Shown piece after piece: positions 30,311 to 38,861 of a stretch of DNA of 55,452 nt. The position numbers were made by a program, and so were the translations under genes. The notes beneath the pieces are model-generated. The model was not told the DNA's origin, did not search any database, and saw nothing but the letters and a program-made list of their open reading frames with translations. The DNA is from Gemmatimonas sp. (GTDB lineage Bacteria; Gemmatimonadota; Gemmatimonadetes; Gemmatimonadales; Gemmatimonadaceae), in assembly GCA_044376625.1 (NCBI GenBank), contig JBILKP010000001.1, forward strand, positions 1-55,452, written 5' to 3'. Position 1 is the first letter of the stretch. Each line of letters opens with the position of its first letter.

Positions 30311-30348
30311 ACGACGCCCCGGCGCTCACCAGAGCGCCGGGGCGTTGT
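30311..30348. terminator. Probable bidirectional terminator
   Basis: Stem ACGACGCCCCGGCGCTC-acca-GAGCGCCGGGGCGTTGT between convergent genes. Confidence 0.7.
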
Positions 30349-30415
30349 CGTAGGTGCATGGGGGGCGCCGCCAGGCTTCCGGGGGCCGCGACCCCCGCAC
30401 GGCGCGTCTGCGCCC

Positions 30416-31678
30416 TTATGGCACCAGTCGCACGACCCGCTGCTCGTCCCGGTCGGTCACCCACAGCGCGCCACCGGACACGCGCACGTGCGACGCAAAG
30501 CGCACTTGTCGGCTGGCGCCCTCCACCACGGGCGCGCCACCCGCCAGCGCAAGGCGCCAGACGCCATCCACCCCCCCGGCCACGTACAGGGCGTCGTCCA
30601 GCAGCGCCACGTCATAGGCAAAGCGCGGCTCGCCACTCACCAGCCGTGGCGCCCCTCCCCACGCGCCGGTGCCCGCCGACCGCGCCCACACGGCCACGCC
30701 CCCCTCGCCAAGGGCGGCGGCCACCCATTGCCCGTTGGCGCTGAGCGCGCGCACCGGGGCGGGGAGGGTGGCTAATTGCCGCGGTACCCCCCCCTCCGGA
30801 GCCACCGCAAACAGCACCCCGCCCGCTGCCGCTACCCAGCCACGCGTGGCCGCGTCAAACAGCAGCGCCTCCACCGATGCGGGGAGCGTGACGGAGTCGG
30901 TGGTGGCGCCCGGCGGGACCGCCGCCGCGCCGTCTCCCCCCCGCCCACGCTGGAACCGCACCGCCGCGCCGCTCCCGCTGGCAACCCAGCCGTCCCCCAC
31001 CGCCAGTGCGGTCACCGCACCGCCGGCAAGGCGAGAGGCCACGCCAGTCAGCAGCGGCGTCTCCCACAGCGCCGAGCCGGTGCCAAACACCAGCGTGCCC
31101 TGCTCGGGGCGGAGCGCCACCTGTCGCATCCCGGCCAGGCCAACGCCGCGTCGACGCAGCGCCACCGGGGCGCGACCGGCAGTGTACAGCTGCGCGCCGC
31201 TGTCGCTGGCCACCACCAACAGCGTGTCGCGCACATCCAGCGCCAGCGGCTCCCCCGCCACCGCCTCGCTGGCGGTGCGGAACGTCAGCACGCCGCCGGC
31301 GCGGGGAGCCAGCGCCCGGCGGCGCGCATCCAGCTCGCGCCCCAGGAACAGCCCGGACACCCCGCCGCTGACCACCAGGAAGGGCATGGCGCAGTTGAGC
31401 GGCATGCACCCCGTGGCGCGCCGGCCGCCGTCGGAGAGGAAGTAGTTGCCCACCCCCAGCGCCGCGCCCAGCGCCATCCCCATCACGCCGTAGGTCACGG
31501 GGCGGGCGCCGGGCCGCAGCGAACCGATAGGGGCGGTGCGGGACGGGGGCAGGGGTGAAGGCGCCACGCCCTGCGCCGACACGACCGTGGCCCACGCCAG
31601 CGGCAACGCCACCAGCCCCGTTCGCAAGAGGGGGGACGACACGGACCGACGCCGTGGGGTGCTGCGTGAACGGGTCAT
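30416..31678 (-). CDS. Hypothetical exported/membrane protein with a C-terminal beta-propeller-like region
   Basis: Signal peptide, two Gly-rich hydrophobic helices flanking CMPLNC, then blade-like repeats (LYVAGGVDGVWRL, VAAALGEGGVAVW). Confidence 0.65.
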   Translation of the reverse strand: MTRSRSTPRRRSVSSPLLRTGLVALPLAWATVVSAQGVAPSPLPPSRTAPIGSLRPGARPVTYGVMGMALGAALGVGNYFLSDGGRRATGCMPLNCAMPFLVVSGGVSGLFLGRELDARRRALAPRAGGVLTFRTASEAVAGEPLALDVRDTLLVVASDSGAQLYTAGRAPVALRRRGVGLAGMRQVALRPEQGTLVFGTGSALWETPLLTGVASRLAGGAVTALAVGDGWVASGSGAAVRFQRGRGGDGAAAVPPGATTDSVTLPASVEALLFDAATRGWVAAAGGVLFAVAPEGGVPRQLATLPAPVRALSANGQWVAAALGEGGVAVWARSAGTGAWGGAPRLVSGEPRFAYDVALLDDALYVAGGVDGVWRLALAGGAPVVEGASRQVRFASHVRVSGGALWVTDRDEQRVVRLVP

Positions 31679-31689
31679 GGGTCCCTCGC

Positions 31690-31785
31690 GGGCGTGTTCG
31701 TGGGCGCGTTCGCGGGCGTGTTCGCGGGCATGCGTGCGGGTATGCGGGTGATCGTGCGGGTGGGCATGCGGGTGGGCATGTTCAT
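31690..31785. repeat. Degenerate 12-bp tandem array, about 8 copies
   Basis: CGGGCGTGTTCG TGGGCGCGTTCG CGGGCGTGTTCG CGGGCATGCGTG CGGGTATGCGGG TGATCGTGCGGG TGGGCATGCGGG TGGGCATGTTCA. Confidence 0.8.
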
Positions 31786-31858
31786 GGGGCTCGGTGACGA
31801 CGCGCGTCGTGGCGTCGGGCGCCTCCTGGCACCCCGGCGCGTGCGCGCGCCGCGCAGC

Positions 31859-34180
31859 TCACGGGCGCGCGCGCCTGATGGCAAACATGCGTTCGGCGCG
31901 CACGGTGCCGCCATGGAGCCGGTCGGTGAGCGTCACCGTGAGCCGGTAGCGCCCGGCCGGCGCCTCTCCCAACCCCAGGGTGACCAGGTCGGGAAGGCGG
32001 TCGCGTCCGTCCACCCGTTCGGTGCGGGTGAATCGCACCCCCACCTGGTCCTCCCCCTCCGCGGTCATCCCCAGCGCATCGGCCAGCGATCCCAGCGTCC
32101 GGCCCAGCACGCCGCCGCCCCGGTCGATCTCTACCAGCCGCATCGCCAGGTGCACGTCGTAGTGCGCCCGTCCCGTGCTGTCGGGGCGCAATCCATACCC
32201 CTCCCAGTACACCGCCACCGTATCGCGCGGCGGGAATGCCAGGTCGCCGCGCAGCCGCACGCCCGCGTCGGCCCAGCCGCGCCACCCGGCCGATCCCACC
32301 GCGGACGCGGCCGGGCGGTCCACCAGCAGCAGGTCGCTGATGGCCAGCGTCGCGGCGCTGTCTACCCCTGCCGAGGCGGGCGCCCGGAACGCCGGAAGCG
32401 GGGGGAGCTCCACCTGCGCGCGCGCCATGCGGGCGTTCACGGCGGGATCGCGCGCCTCCACCCGCAGCCGCAGGGCGTCGCCGGAGACCGTGTCGCTCCA
32501 CTGCCGGCGCACGGGAGCGCCCGTAGACGCCACGGGGACCGTGTCGCGGGCGCGCACCCGCAGCTGCGACGGCGCCCCGGCGCGCACGGTCAGCACCGCG
32601 CTCCCGGCGTCCACCTCGGCGCCGCCCAGCAGCGCGGCGCCATCGAGCGCCACGCCCACCACCAGCTGCCAGCGCCCCGGGGCGCTGCCGCGCAACCGCC
32701 CCACCTGCACGGGGAGCGAGTCCACGGCCATGGCCACCGGGAGGTTGTCCAGCAGGAAGGGGCCGGCGTCCCGCCGTTCGGCGGCGTGGTCGCGGTAGTT
32801 CCCCGCAAAGAGGGCCAGGTTGAAGGCCGGGGGACTGCTGAAGACGAACTCCGTTTCCGTGCGCGGATAGAACCACACCGTGATGACCCGCGTGAGCGCG
32901 TCGCGTGTCTCCGTCTCGAGCTGCGGGGCGAAGGAGGCCACCACCGGTGGCTCGCCGTAGCGGATCGCCACGAGGCCGCGGTCGGTGCGCCACCCCATCT
33001 GGCGGGTGTCCGGGTCGGTGAAGCGGAGGTCGGCCCAGGCGATGCGCGCCAGGTATTCCAGGCGCGCCTCGTTCTCCGGGGTGTCCAGCACGGGGTCGGC
33101 GGCCTCCCAGAAGGCCTCCATGGTGGCAGCGCGTTCGCCCGGGGGGAGGCCCGCCACTCGCACGCTGTCCCCCACGCGCAGGATGCGCCCCAGGTCGAGC
33201 CACTCGTCGCGGGTGGCCGCGGGGGCGCGCGCCAGCGCGTCGGTGAAATGTCGCTCTGCCTCCGGCGCGCGCCCCAGCCGCCACGCGGCGAGTCCGGCCG
33301 CCAGCCGCAGGCGCACCGCCACGGAATCGGGGGACCCCATCGGGTCGCGTCCACCGTCCAGCGTGGTGCGCAGCAGCGCGGCCATCTCGTCCACGCGGCG
33401 ATGCTCGTACAGGAGGCCGGCCAGCCCCAGCACCGACGGGGGGTGCCCAGGGACGACCTCCAGGGCGCGGCGGTAGTACGCCTCGGTCTCCGCGCGGTCG
33501 GTGGCGCCCGCATCGGGGACCGGGCGCGCCAGGTTCTGCAGGAACTCGCGGGTGTAGTGGGGGCGCCGCTGGGCGGTGATGGGGTCGAAGATCACCGACC
33601 CGGTGTACATCCAGCGGTTGGCGCCCGTGCGGTACCGCCGCTCCTTGACCTGCGCCAGCTCCCACGCCACCGCGGCCTCCATGGCGGGATCGCCCTGGCT
33701 GCGGGCCACCTCGAGGGCGCGCCGGAACATCCGTTCCGCCTCCACGCGCAGCAGCGGGGTGCGCAGGCGCAGGCGCCCAAGGGCCAGCAGGTGGCGCGGG
33801 TTGCGCGGTTCCAGCGACGCGGCGCGGGTGAGCAGGCGGCTGGCGATGAACTGGCGGAGGGCGTCGTTCACCCCCAGCTCGGTGGTGGCCAGCAGCAGCA
33901 CACTGCGCGCATACAGCGCGTCGGGATCGTTCGGGGCGCGGTCGGTGGCGCGCTCCAGCAGCTCCAGGGCCGCCACCGTGTCGCCCGCCGCCAGGCGTCC
34001 CTCGGCCTCGCGCAGCAGCGGGGCCACCAGCACGCCCTCGGTCGCCTTGGCCCCGGGCGCCTGCGCCGCCGCCCTGACTGGCACAAGGAGGAGCGCGAGC
34101 CCCATGCTGGCCACCATGCGCGGCAGTAGCTGCGGCAGAAGGTGCGGCAGCTTGATGGAACGGAAACGGGGCATGGACAT
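31859..34180 (-). CDS. TPR plus GWxTD domain-containing protein
   Basis: FWEAADP..TPENEARLEYLARIAWAD..GWRTDRGLVAIRYGEP, N-terminal TPRs and a signal peptide. Start uncertain (about 34100-34180). Confidence 0.88.
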   Translation of the reverse strand: MSMPRFRSIKLPHLLPQLLPRMVASMGLALLLVPVRAAAQAPGAKATEGVLVAPLLREAEGRLAAGDTVAALELLERATDRAPNDPDALYARSVLLLATTELGVNDALRQFIASRLLTRAASLEPRNPRHLLALGRLRLRTPLLRVEAERMFRRALEVARSQGDPAMEAAVAWELAQVKERRYRTGANRWMYTGSVIFDPITAQRRPHYTREFLQNLARPVPDAGATDRAETEAYYRRALEVVPGHPPSVLGLAGLLYEHRRVDEMAALLRTTLDGGRDPMGSPDSVAVRLRLAAGLAAWRLGRAPEAERHFTDALARAPAATRDEWLDLGRILRVGDSVRVAGLPPGERAATMEAFWEAADPVLDTPENEARLEYLARIAWADLRFTDPDTRQMGWRTDRGLVAIRYGEPPVVASFAPQLETETRDALTRVITVWFYPRTETEFVFSSPPAFNLALFAGNYRDHAAERRDAGPFLLDNLPVAMAVDSLPVQVGRLRGSAPGRWQLVVGVALDGAALLGGAEVDAGSAVLTVRAGAPSQLRVRARDTVPVASTGAPVRRQWSDTVSGDALRLRVEARDPAVNARMARAQVELPPLPAFRAPASAGVDSAATLAISDLLLVDRPAASAVGSAGWRGWADAGVRLRGDLAFPPRDTVAVYWEGYGLRPDSTGRAHYDVHLAMRLVEIDRGGGVLGRTLGSLADALGMTAEGEDQVGVRFTRTERVDGRDRLPDLVTLGLGEAPAGRYRLTVTLTDRLHGGTVRAERMFAIRRARP

Positions 34181-34219
34181 ACAATAGCCAGTTCCCGGGC
34201 GTCCACGCGCCCACTCTTC

Positions 34220-34963
34220 ATGTTCGTCCTGCCGAGCGAGGCGTCCGTGCCGCCCATCTGGTTGTCCCCCTGCTGTTCCCGGCGCGTCGCGCGCCTGGTG
34301 GCCGCCATGTTCGCGCCCCTGGCGCTGGCCGCGGTCCCGCGGCTGCCGGCGCAGGGCACCGGGGGGCCCGCGTTGCAGCGCCCGACGGTGAGCGATCGGG
34401 ATTACACGGCGGCGCTGGTGGGGGGTGGGGGGGCGGCGTTCCTGCTGCAGTGGCGCGAGGCGTGGCCCCTGGCGGGGGACGGGGCGGGTGGGGCGCGGAC
34501 GCACTGGCAGCTGGAGGGGGGGCTGGCCGATGCGCCGGGGGCCACGTCGCCTCGCCCCGTCGTGGGGGCCGGGGTGGCGCGCACGCTGGTGCGCGCGTCG
34601 GCGGGGCAGCCGCTGGATGCGGTGTGGACCGCGGGGGGCGGGGTGGCGTGGCTGGAGGGCGGGGTGGTGGTGCGAGTGCCCGTGGGGGTGAGCGTGGGGC
34701 ACACCTTCGCGCTGGAGGGAGATCGTCGCCTCACGCCCTTTGCGCACCCCCGGCTCGAGCTGGAGTCGCTCTCCTGCCGCGGGCGGGCGTGCGGGGGGAG
34801 CCGAGGGGCGGTGGCGCTGGCGTTCGACCTGGGGGCTGACGCGCAGGTGACGCCCACCGTGGGGCTCCGGGTGGCGGTGCGGTTCAGCGGGGGTGGGGTA
34901 GCCGGTGCCGGGGACCGGGTGGCGCTGGCGATGACCTGGACCCCTCCGGGGCTGTCGCGGTAG
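34220..34963 (+). CDS. Hypothetical outer-membrane beta-barrel-like protein
   Basis: Amphipathic strands (VRVPVGVSVGHTF, LTPFAHPRL, AFDLGAD, VALAMTW). Start uncertain and may be later. Confidence 0.6.
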   Translation: MFVLPSEASVPPIWLSPCCSRRVARLVAAMFAPLALAAVPRLPAQGTGGPALQRPTVSDRDYTAALVGGGGAAFLLQWREAWPLAGDGAGGARTHWQLEGGLADAPGATSPRPVVGAGVARTLVRASAGQPLDAVWTAGGGVAWLEGGVVVRVPVGVSVGHTFALEGDRRLTPFAHPRLELESLSCRGRACGGSRGAVALAFDLGADAQVTPTVGLRVAVRFSGGGVAGAGDRVALAMTWTPPGLSR

Positions 34964-34968
34964 ACCAC

Positions 34969-35006
34969 GCGCAAGAGGCCGCCCCGCGGGGGGCGGCCTC
35001 TTGCGC
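34969..35006. terminator. Stem-loop after CDS (probable terminator)
   Basis: GCGCAAGAGGCCGCCCC-gcgg-GGGGCGGCCTCTTGCGC with no U-tract. Confidence 0.55.
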
Positions 35007-35320
35007 CACGGGGGATCTGCCCGTAGGCTCTGTCGTACTGTAGGGACCGCTCGGAGCCGCGGATGCGCTCGTGATGCTTTCCTGCCGGCGTTTGGTCCCC
35101 CGAATGGCGCGCCGCGTCCCTCGGGGGCTGGCGTCGGGGGCGTGGCATTTCAGGGCATGCGGGACCGTCCGCAGCTGTGACGCTGCACGGGGACGTGCGG
35201 TTCTCTTGCGGGGCTGGTAGGAAGGACAGCCGTGGTGCGGGAGATGGTTGCCTACTGGGGCGTACCCCGGTGGTAGGCCACGGTTCCCGTTCCGGACTTG
35301 TGGTGCTGGCCTTGGCTGGC

Positions 35321-35366
35321 GCAGGGCAGTAGAGCAGGGCAGTAGAGCAGGGCAGTAGCGCAGGGC
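35321..35366. repeat. 13-bp tandem repeat, about 3.5 copies, in the susC leader
   Basis: GCAGGGCAGTAGA x2, GCAGGGCAGTAGC, GCAGGGC. Confidence 0.85.
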
Positions 35367-35450
35367 GCAGGCGCAGGTGTGGTGGCAGGTGTTGGCGCCG
35401 CCGGGGGAGGCGGTGCCGATCGACGACCCGTCTTTCACCCAGGGATACTG

Positions 35451-38400
35451 ATGTTGACACGAATCCTCATGACCGGGATGCGGCGGATGGCCGGGGGGCT
35501 GCTGGCGGCCCTCCTGCTCGCGCCGGCCGCGGTCGCCCAGGCCCAGAACGCGGTGATCACCGGCAAGGTGGTCGGCGACGCGGGGCAGCCGCTCGAGTTC
35601 GCCAACGTGTACATCTCCGAGCTGGTGATCTCGGTGGCGACCAATGCCCAGGGGGTGTACACCGTCACCGTGCCGGCGGCGCGCGTGCAGGGGCAGGCGG
35701 TCAACCTCCGGGTGCGCGCGGTCGGCTTCACGCCGGCGTTCGTCCCCATCAAGGTCACGGCGGGGAACCAGACGCACAACTTCTCCCTCAAGCGGGACAT
35801 CAACCGCCTCTCCGAGGTGGTGGTGACCGGGTCGATCGAGGGGACGGAGCGGGCCAAGGTCCCGTTCGCGGTGGGGCGCCTGACGGCGGAGGACATCCCG
35901 GTGCCGCAGCTGGACCCGCTGCGCGCGCTGCAGGGGAAGGTGGCGGGGATGCGCGTGGCGCAGACCGGCGGCCGCCCCGGCAGCCAGCCCGAGATCCTGA
36001 TGCGCGGCCCCACGTCGATCAACGCCAGCGGCCGCAGCACGGGCCCGATGATCATCGTCGACGGCACCATCCTGCGCACCGGCGCGCTCAATGAGATCGG
36101 CGGCCTGGACATCGAGTCGGTGGAGGTGGTGAAGGGCGCCGCCGGCGCCACGCTGTACGGCTCCACCGCCGCCAACGGCGTCATCATCATCAAGACCAAG
36201 CGCGGCGCCGCGCGCGACGAGGTGCGCTTCAACGCCCGCACCGAGTACGGGCTCAGCGACCTGCAGTCGCTGCGCTACGGCGCCCCGGAGAACACCGTCC
36301 TCCAGCTGGACGAGACCGGGAAGAAGTTCTGCGTGCAGGGCTCGTCCAACGTGTCCAGCTGCTCGCGCGCCACGCGCTGGATGGACGAGATCACCCGCAT
36401 CAACAACGTGGCGGCCGACACCACCCGGACGCCGCAGGCGATGCAGTGGAACTCGCCGGCGCTGGGGAACGGCTCGGTGCTCAACGTCTACCAGGCCAAC
36501 CGGTGGCCCGGGCAGCGTTACAACGCCTTCGCCCAGGTGTCCACCCCCAACGCGCTGATGCTCAACTCGGTGGACGTCACCGGGCGCGCCGGCAGCGTGC
36601 GGTACTTCGTGAGCGGGCAGCTCACCGCCGACCAGGGCGCCGTGCGCGGGCTCGACGGCGTGCGCGACACCCGCGCCCGCGTCAACCTGGACTACGACGT
36701 CCGCCCGGGGCTCACCATCTCGGTCTCCACCCTCTTCAACAAGAGCGTGAACGACCTGCGCGGCGGCGGCTCCTCCAACGGCGGCATCTTCGGGCAGCTG
36801 CTGCGCGGCGCGCCGGGGGGCACCGACTACCTCGCGGTGGACACCCTGGGTCGCCCGCTGGTGCGCGGCGGCGGCGCCGGCTTCTCCCCCACCGGCAACG
36901 GCGGCGGCACCTTCCTGTATGACATGGAAGGGGACATGTACACGTCGGTGCAGAACTCCAACCGCTACCTGGCCAGCGTGGGGGCCAACTGGAACCCCAC
37001 CGAGTGGGCCTCCTTCGAGGCGCTCTACTCGTACGACAACCGCAGCCGCTACAACAGCAGCTACACCCGGAAGGGGTACCGCACCTTCACGCAGAGCAAC
37101 GCGACGAACCGCGGCAACATGTCGATCAGCGACCTCTACTCCGTGTCGTCGAACGGCAACCTCTCGGCCACCTTCCGCAAGCAGCTCTCCCCCGACCTCT
37201 CGGCCAAGGTCAACTTCCGCGCCTGGTTCGACAACTCCTTCTCCAACAGCAACAACGGCGGCGGGCAGGAGTTCGTGGTGAACGACGTCTACACGCTCAG
37301 CAACACCTCCGTGAACTTCTCGGCGGGGTCGAGCCAGACGACGATCAAGAACATGGCGTACATCGGGTCGGCCAACCTGGACTACAAGGGCAAGTACATC
37401 CTGGACGGCGCCTACCGCTACGACGGCAGCTCGCTGTTCGGCGCCGGCAACCGGTGGGCGCCCTTCTACCGCGCCTCCGGCGTGTGGCGCCTCTCCGAGG
37501 AGGGGTGGTTCCGCCTGCCGCAGGTGAGCGACCTGCGCCTGCGCAGCTCCATCGGCACCGCGGGCAACACCCCCAGCTTCTCGGCGCAGTACGAGACCTA
37601 CTCCTGCTCCGCCAGCGGCTGCGCGCTGGGGCAGGCCGGCAACTCGGCGCTCCGCCCGGAGACCACCACCGAGATCGAGGTGGGCTCCGACTTCACGCTG
37701 TTCAACCGCCTGGGCGTGGAGTTCACCTGGATCAAGTCGGACACCCGCAACCAGATCCTCAACGTCCCGACCCCGTCGGCGCTGGGCTTCTCGTCGCAGT
37801 GGCGCAACGCGGGCACGCTGCAGAACAAGACCTTCGAGCTGGCGCTCAACCTGCCGGTGATCACCAAGCAGGACCTGCAGTGGAACATCCGCGGCACGTG
37901 GGACCGCACGCGGACCTACGTGACCGAGCTGTTCATGCCGGAGTACTTCACCAGCGCCGCCACCGGCCAGGGCACCGGCTCGCTGTTCCTCATCACGGCG
38001 CGGCGCGACCAGAACAACGGCTTCCCCGTGAACCGCTACGGCAACATCTGGGGGCGCAAGTTCTACACCAGCTGCGGCATGCTCCCCCAGTCGGTGCAGG
38101 GGCAGTGCGGCCCGGGGCGCGCGTTCCAGGTGAATGACGACGGCTACGTGGTGTGGACCGGCGAGGGGAACAGCTGGCAGGACGGCATCACCAAGAACCT
38201 CTGGCAGACCAAGCTCCCGGCCGCGCAGTCGCCGTGGAACTACCCGCTGTATTTCGGGCACCCCATCATCGACCGCCCGCTCAAGGGGCAGGTGGGCGAG
38301 GGCGTGGGCACCAACCAGATCCTGGGGAACACCCTCCCCAGCTTCCGCGTCGGCTTCAACAACACCGTCACCTACAAGAAGTTCACCTTCTTCGGGCTGG

Positions 38401-38849
38401 TGGACGGTGTGTTCGGGCACCGCATCCAGAACCAGGGCGAAGGGTGGGGGCTGCTGGACCTGTCGTCGGGGTTCTTTGACATGGCCAACCGCACCGTGCA
38501 GAGCGCCAAGCCCGTGGGGTACGGGTGGCGCGTGGGCGGTGCCGAGGGCGCCGGGTCGGGCGGCTTCTACGACATCCTGGGCCCCAACAACTACAACACC
38601 GAGGTCGGCAGCTACGCCAAGCTCCGCGAGCTGAGCCTCACGTACCGCGTCGGGAAGATCGCCGGCCGCGGCGACTGGAACATCTCGGCGATCGGCCGCA
38701 ACCTGTGGGTGTGGACCGGCTACTCCGGCTACGACCCCGAGGTGGGGGTCAGCGGCGGGCAGGCGGGTTCGGGGCTCATCAACCAGGTGGACGCCTTCGA
38801 CTTCCCGACGCTCCGGCAGTACTCGTTCTCCATCTCCACGCGCTTCTAG
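35451..38849 (+). CDS. SusC/RagA family TonB-linked outer-membrane protein
   Basis: LSEVVVTG, ALQGKVAG, IIVDG, DIESVEVVKGAAGATLYGSTAANGVIIIKTKRG, RYDGSSLFG, YAKLRELSL, GYDPEV, and terminal F. Confidence 0.95.
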   Translation: MLTRILMTGMRRMAGGLLAALLLAPAAVAQAQNAVITGKVVGDAGQPLEFANVYISELVISVATNAQGVYTVTVPAARVQGQAVNLRVRAVGFTPAFVPIKVTAGNQTHNFSLKRDINRLSEVVVTGSIEGTERAKVPFAVGRLTAEDIPVPQLDPLRALQGKVAGMRVAQTGGRPGSQPEILMRGPTSINASGRSTGPMIIVDGTILRTGALNEIGGLDIESVEVVKGAAGATLYGSTAANGVIIIKTKRGAARDEVRFNARTEYGLSDLQSLRYGAPENTVLQLDETGKKFCVQGSSNVSSCSRATRWMDEITRINNVAADTTRTPQAMQWNSPALGNGSVLNVYQANRWPGQRYNAFAQVSTPNALMLNSVDVTGRAGSVRYFVSGQLTADQGAVRGLDGVRDTRARVNLDYDVRPGLTISVSTLFNKSVNDLRGGGSSNGGIFGQLLRGAPGGTDYLAVDTLGRPLVRGGGAGFSPTGNGGGTFLYDMEGDMYTSVQNSNRYLASVGANWNPTEWASFEALYSYDNRSRYNSSYTRKGYRTFTQSNATNRGNMSISDLYSVSSNGNLSATFRKQLSPDLSAKVNFRAWFDNSFSNSNNGGGQEFVVNDVYTLSNTSVNFSAGSSQTTIKNMAYIGSANLDYKGKYILDGAYRYDGSSLFGAGNRWAPFYRASGVWRLSEEGWFRLPQVSDLRLRSSIGTAGNTPSFSAQYETYSCSASGCALGQAGNSALRPETTTEIEVGSDFTLFNRLGVEFTWIKSDTRNQILNVPTPSALGFSSQWRNAGTLQNKTFELALNLPVITKQDLQWNIRGTWDRTRTYVTELFMPEYFTSAATGQGTGSLFLITARRDQNNGFPVNRYGNIWGRKFYTSCGMLPQSVQGQCGPGRAFQVNDDGYVVWTGEGNSWQDGITKNLWQTKLPAAQSPWNYPLYFGHPIIDRPLKGQVGEGVGTNQILGNTLPSFRVGFNNTVTYKKFTFFGLVDGVFGHRIQNQGEGWGLLDLSSGFFDMANRTVQSAKPVGYGWRVGGAEGAGSGGFYDILGPNNYNTEVGSYAKLRELSLTYRVGKIAGRGDWNISAIGRNLWVWTGYSGYDPEVGVSGGQAGSGLINQVDAFDFPTLRQYSFSISTRF

Positions 38850-38861
38850 GAGCGAGGCCCC

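Noticed and set aside
31690-31785. Short repeat arrays (also 35321-35366 and 14347-14386) as CRISPR
   Set aside because: Units are 12-13 bp and contiguous, with no spacers and no cas genes.
34964-35450. Cobalamin or TPP riboswitch, or sigma-54 promoter, upstream of susC
   Set aside because: No B12-box or TPP core recognised. TGGCA at 35143 lacks a correctly spaced -12 GC.
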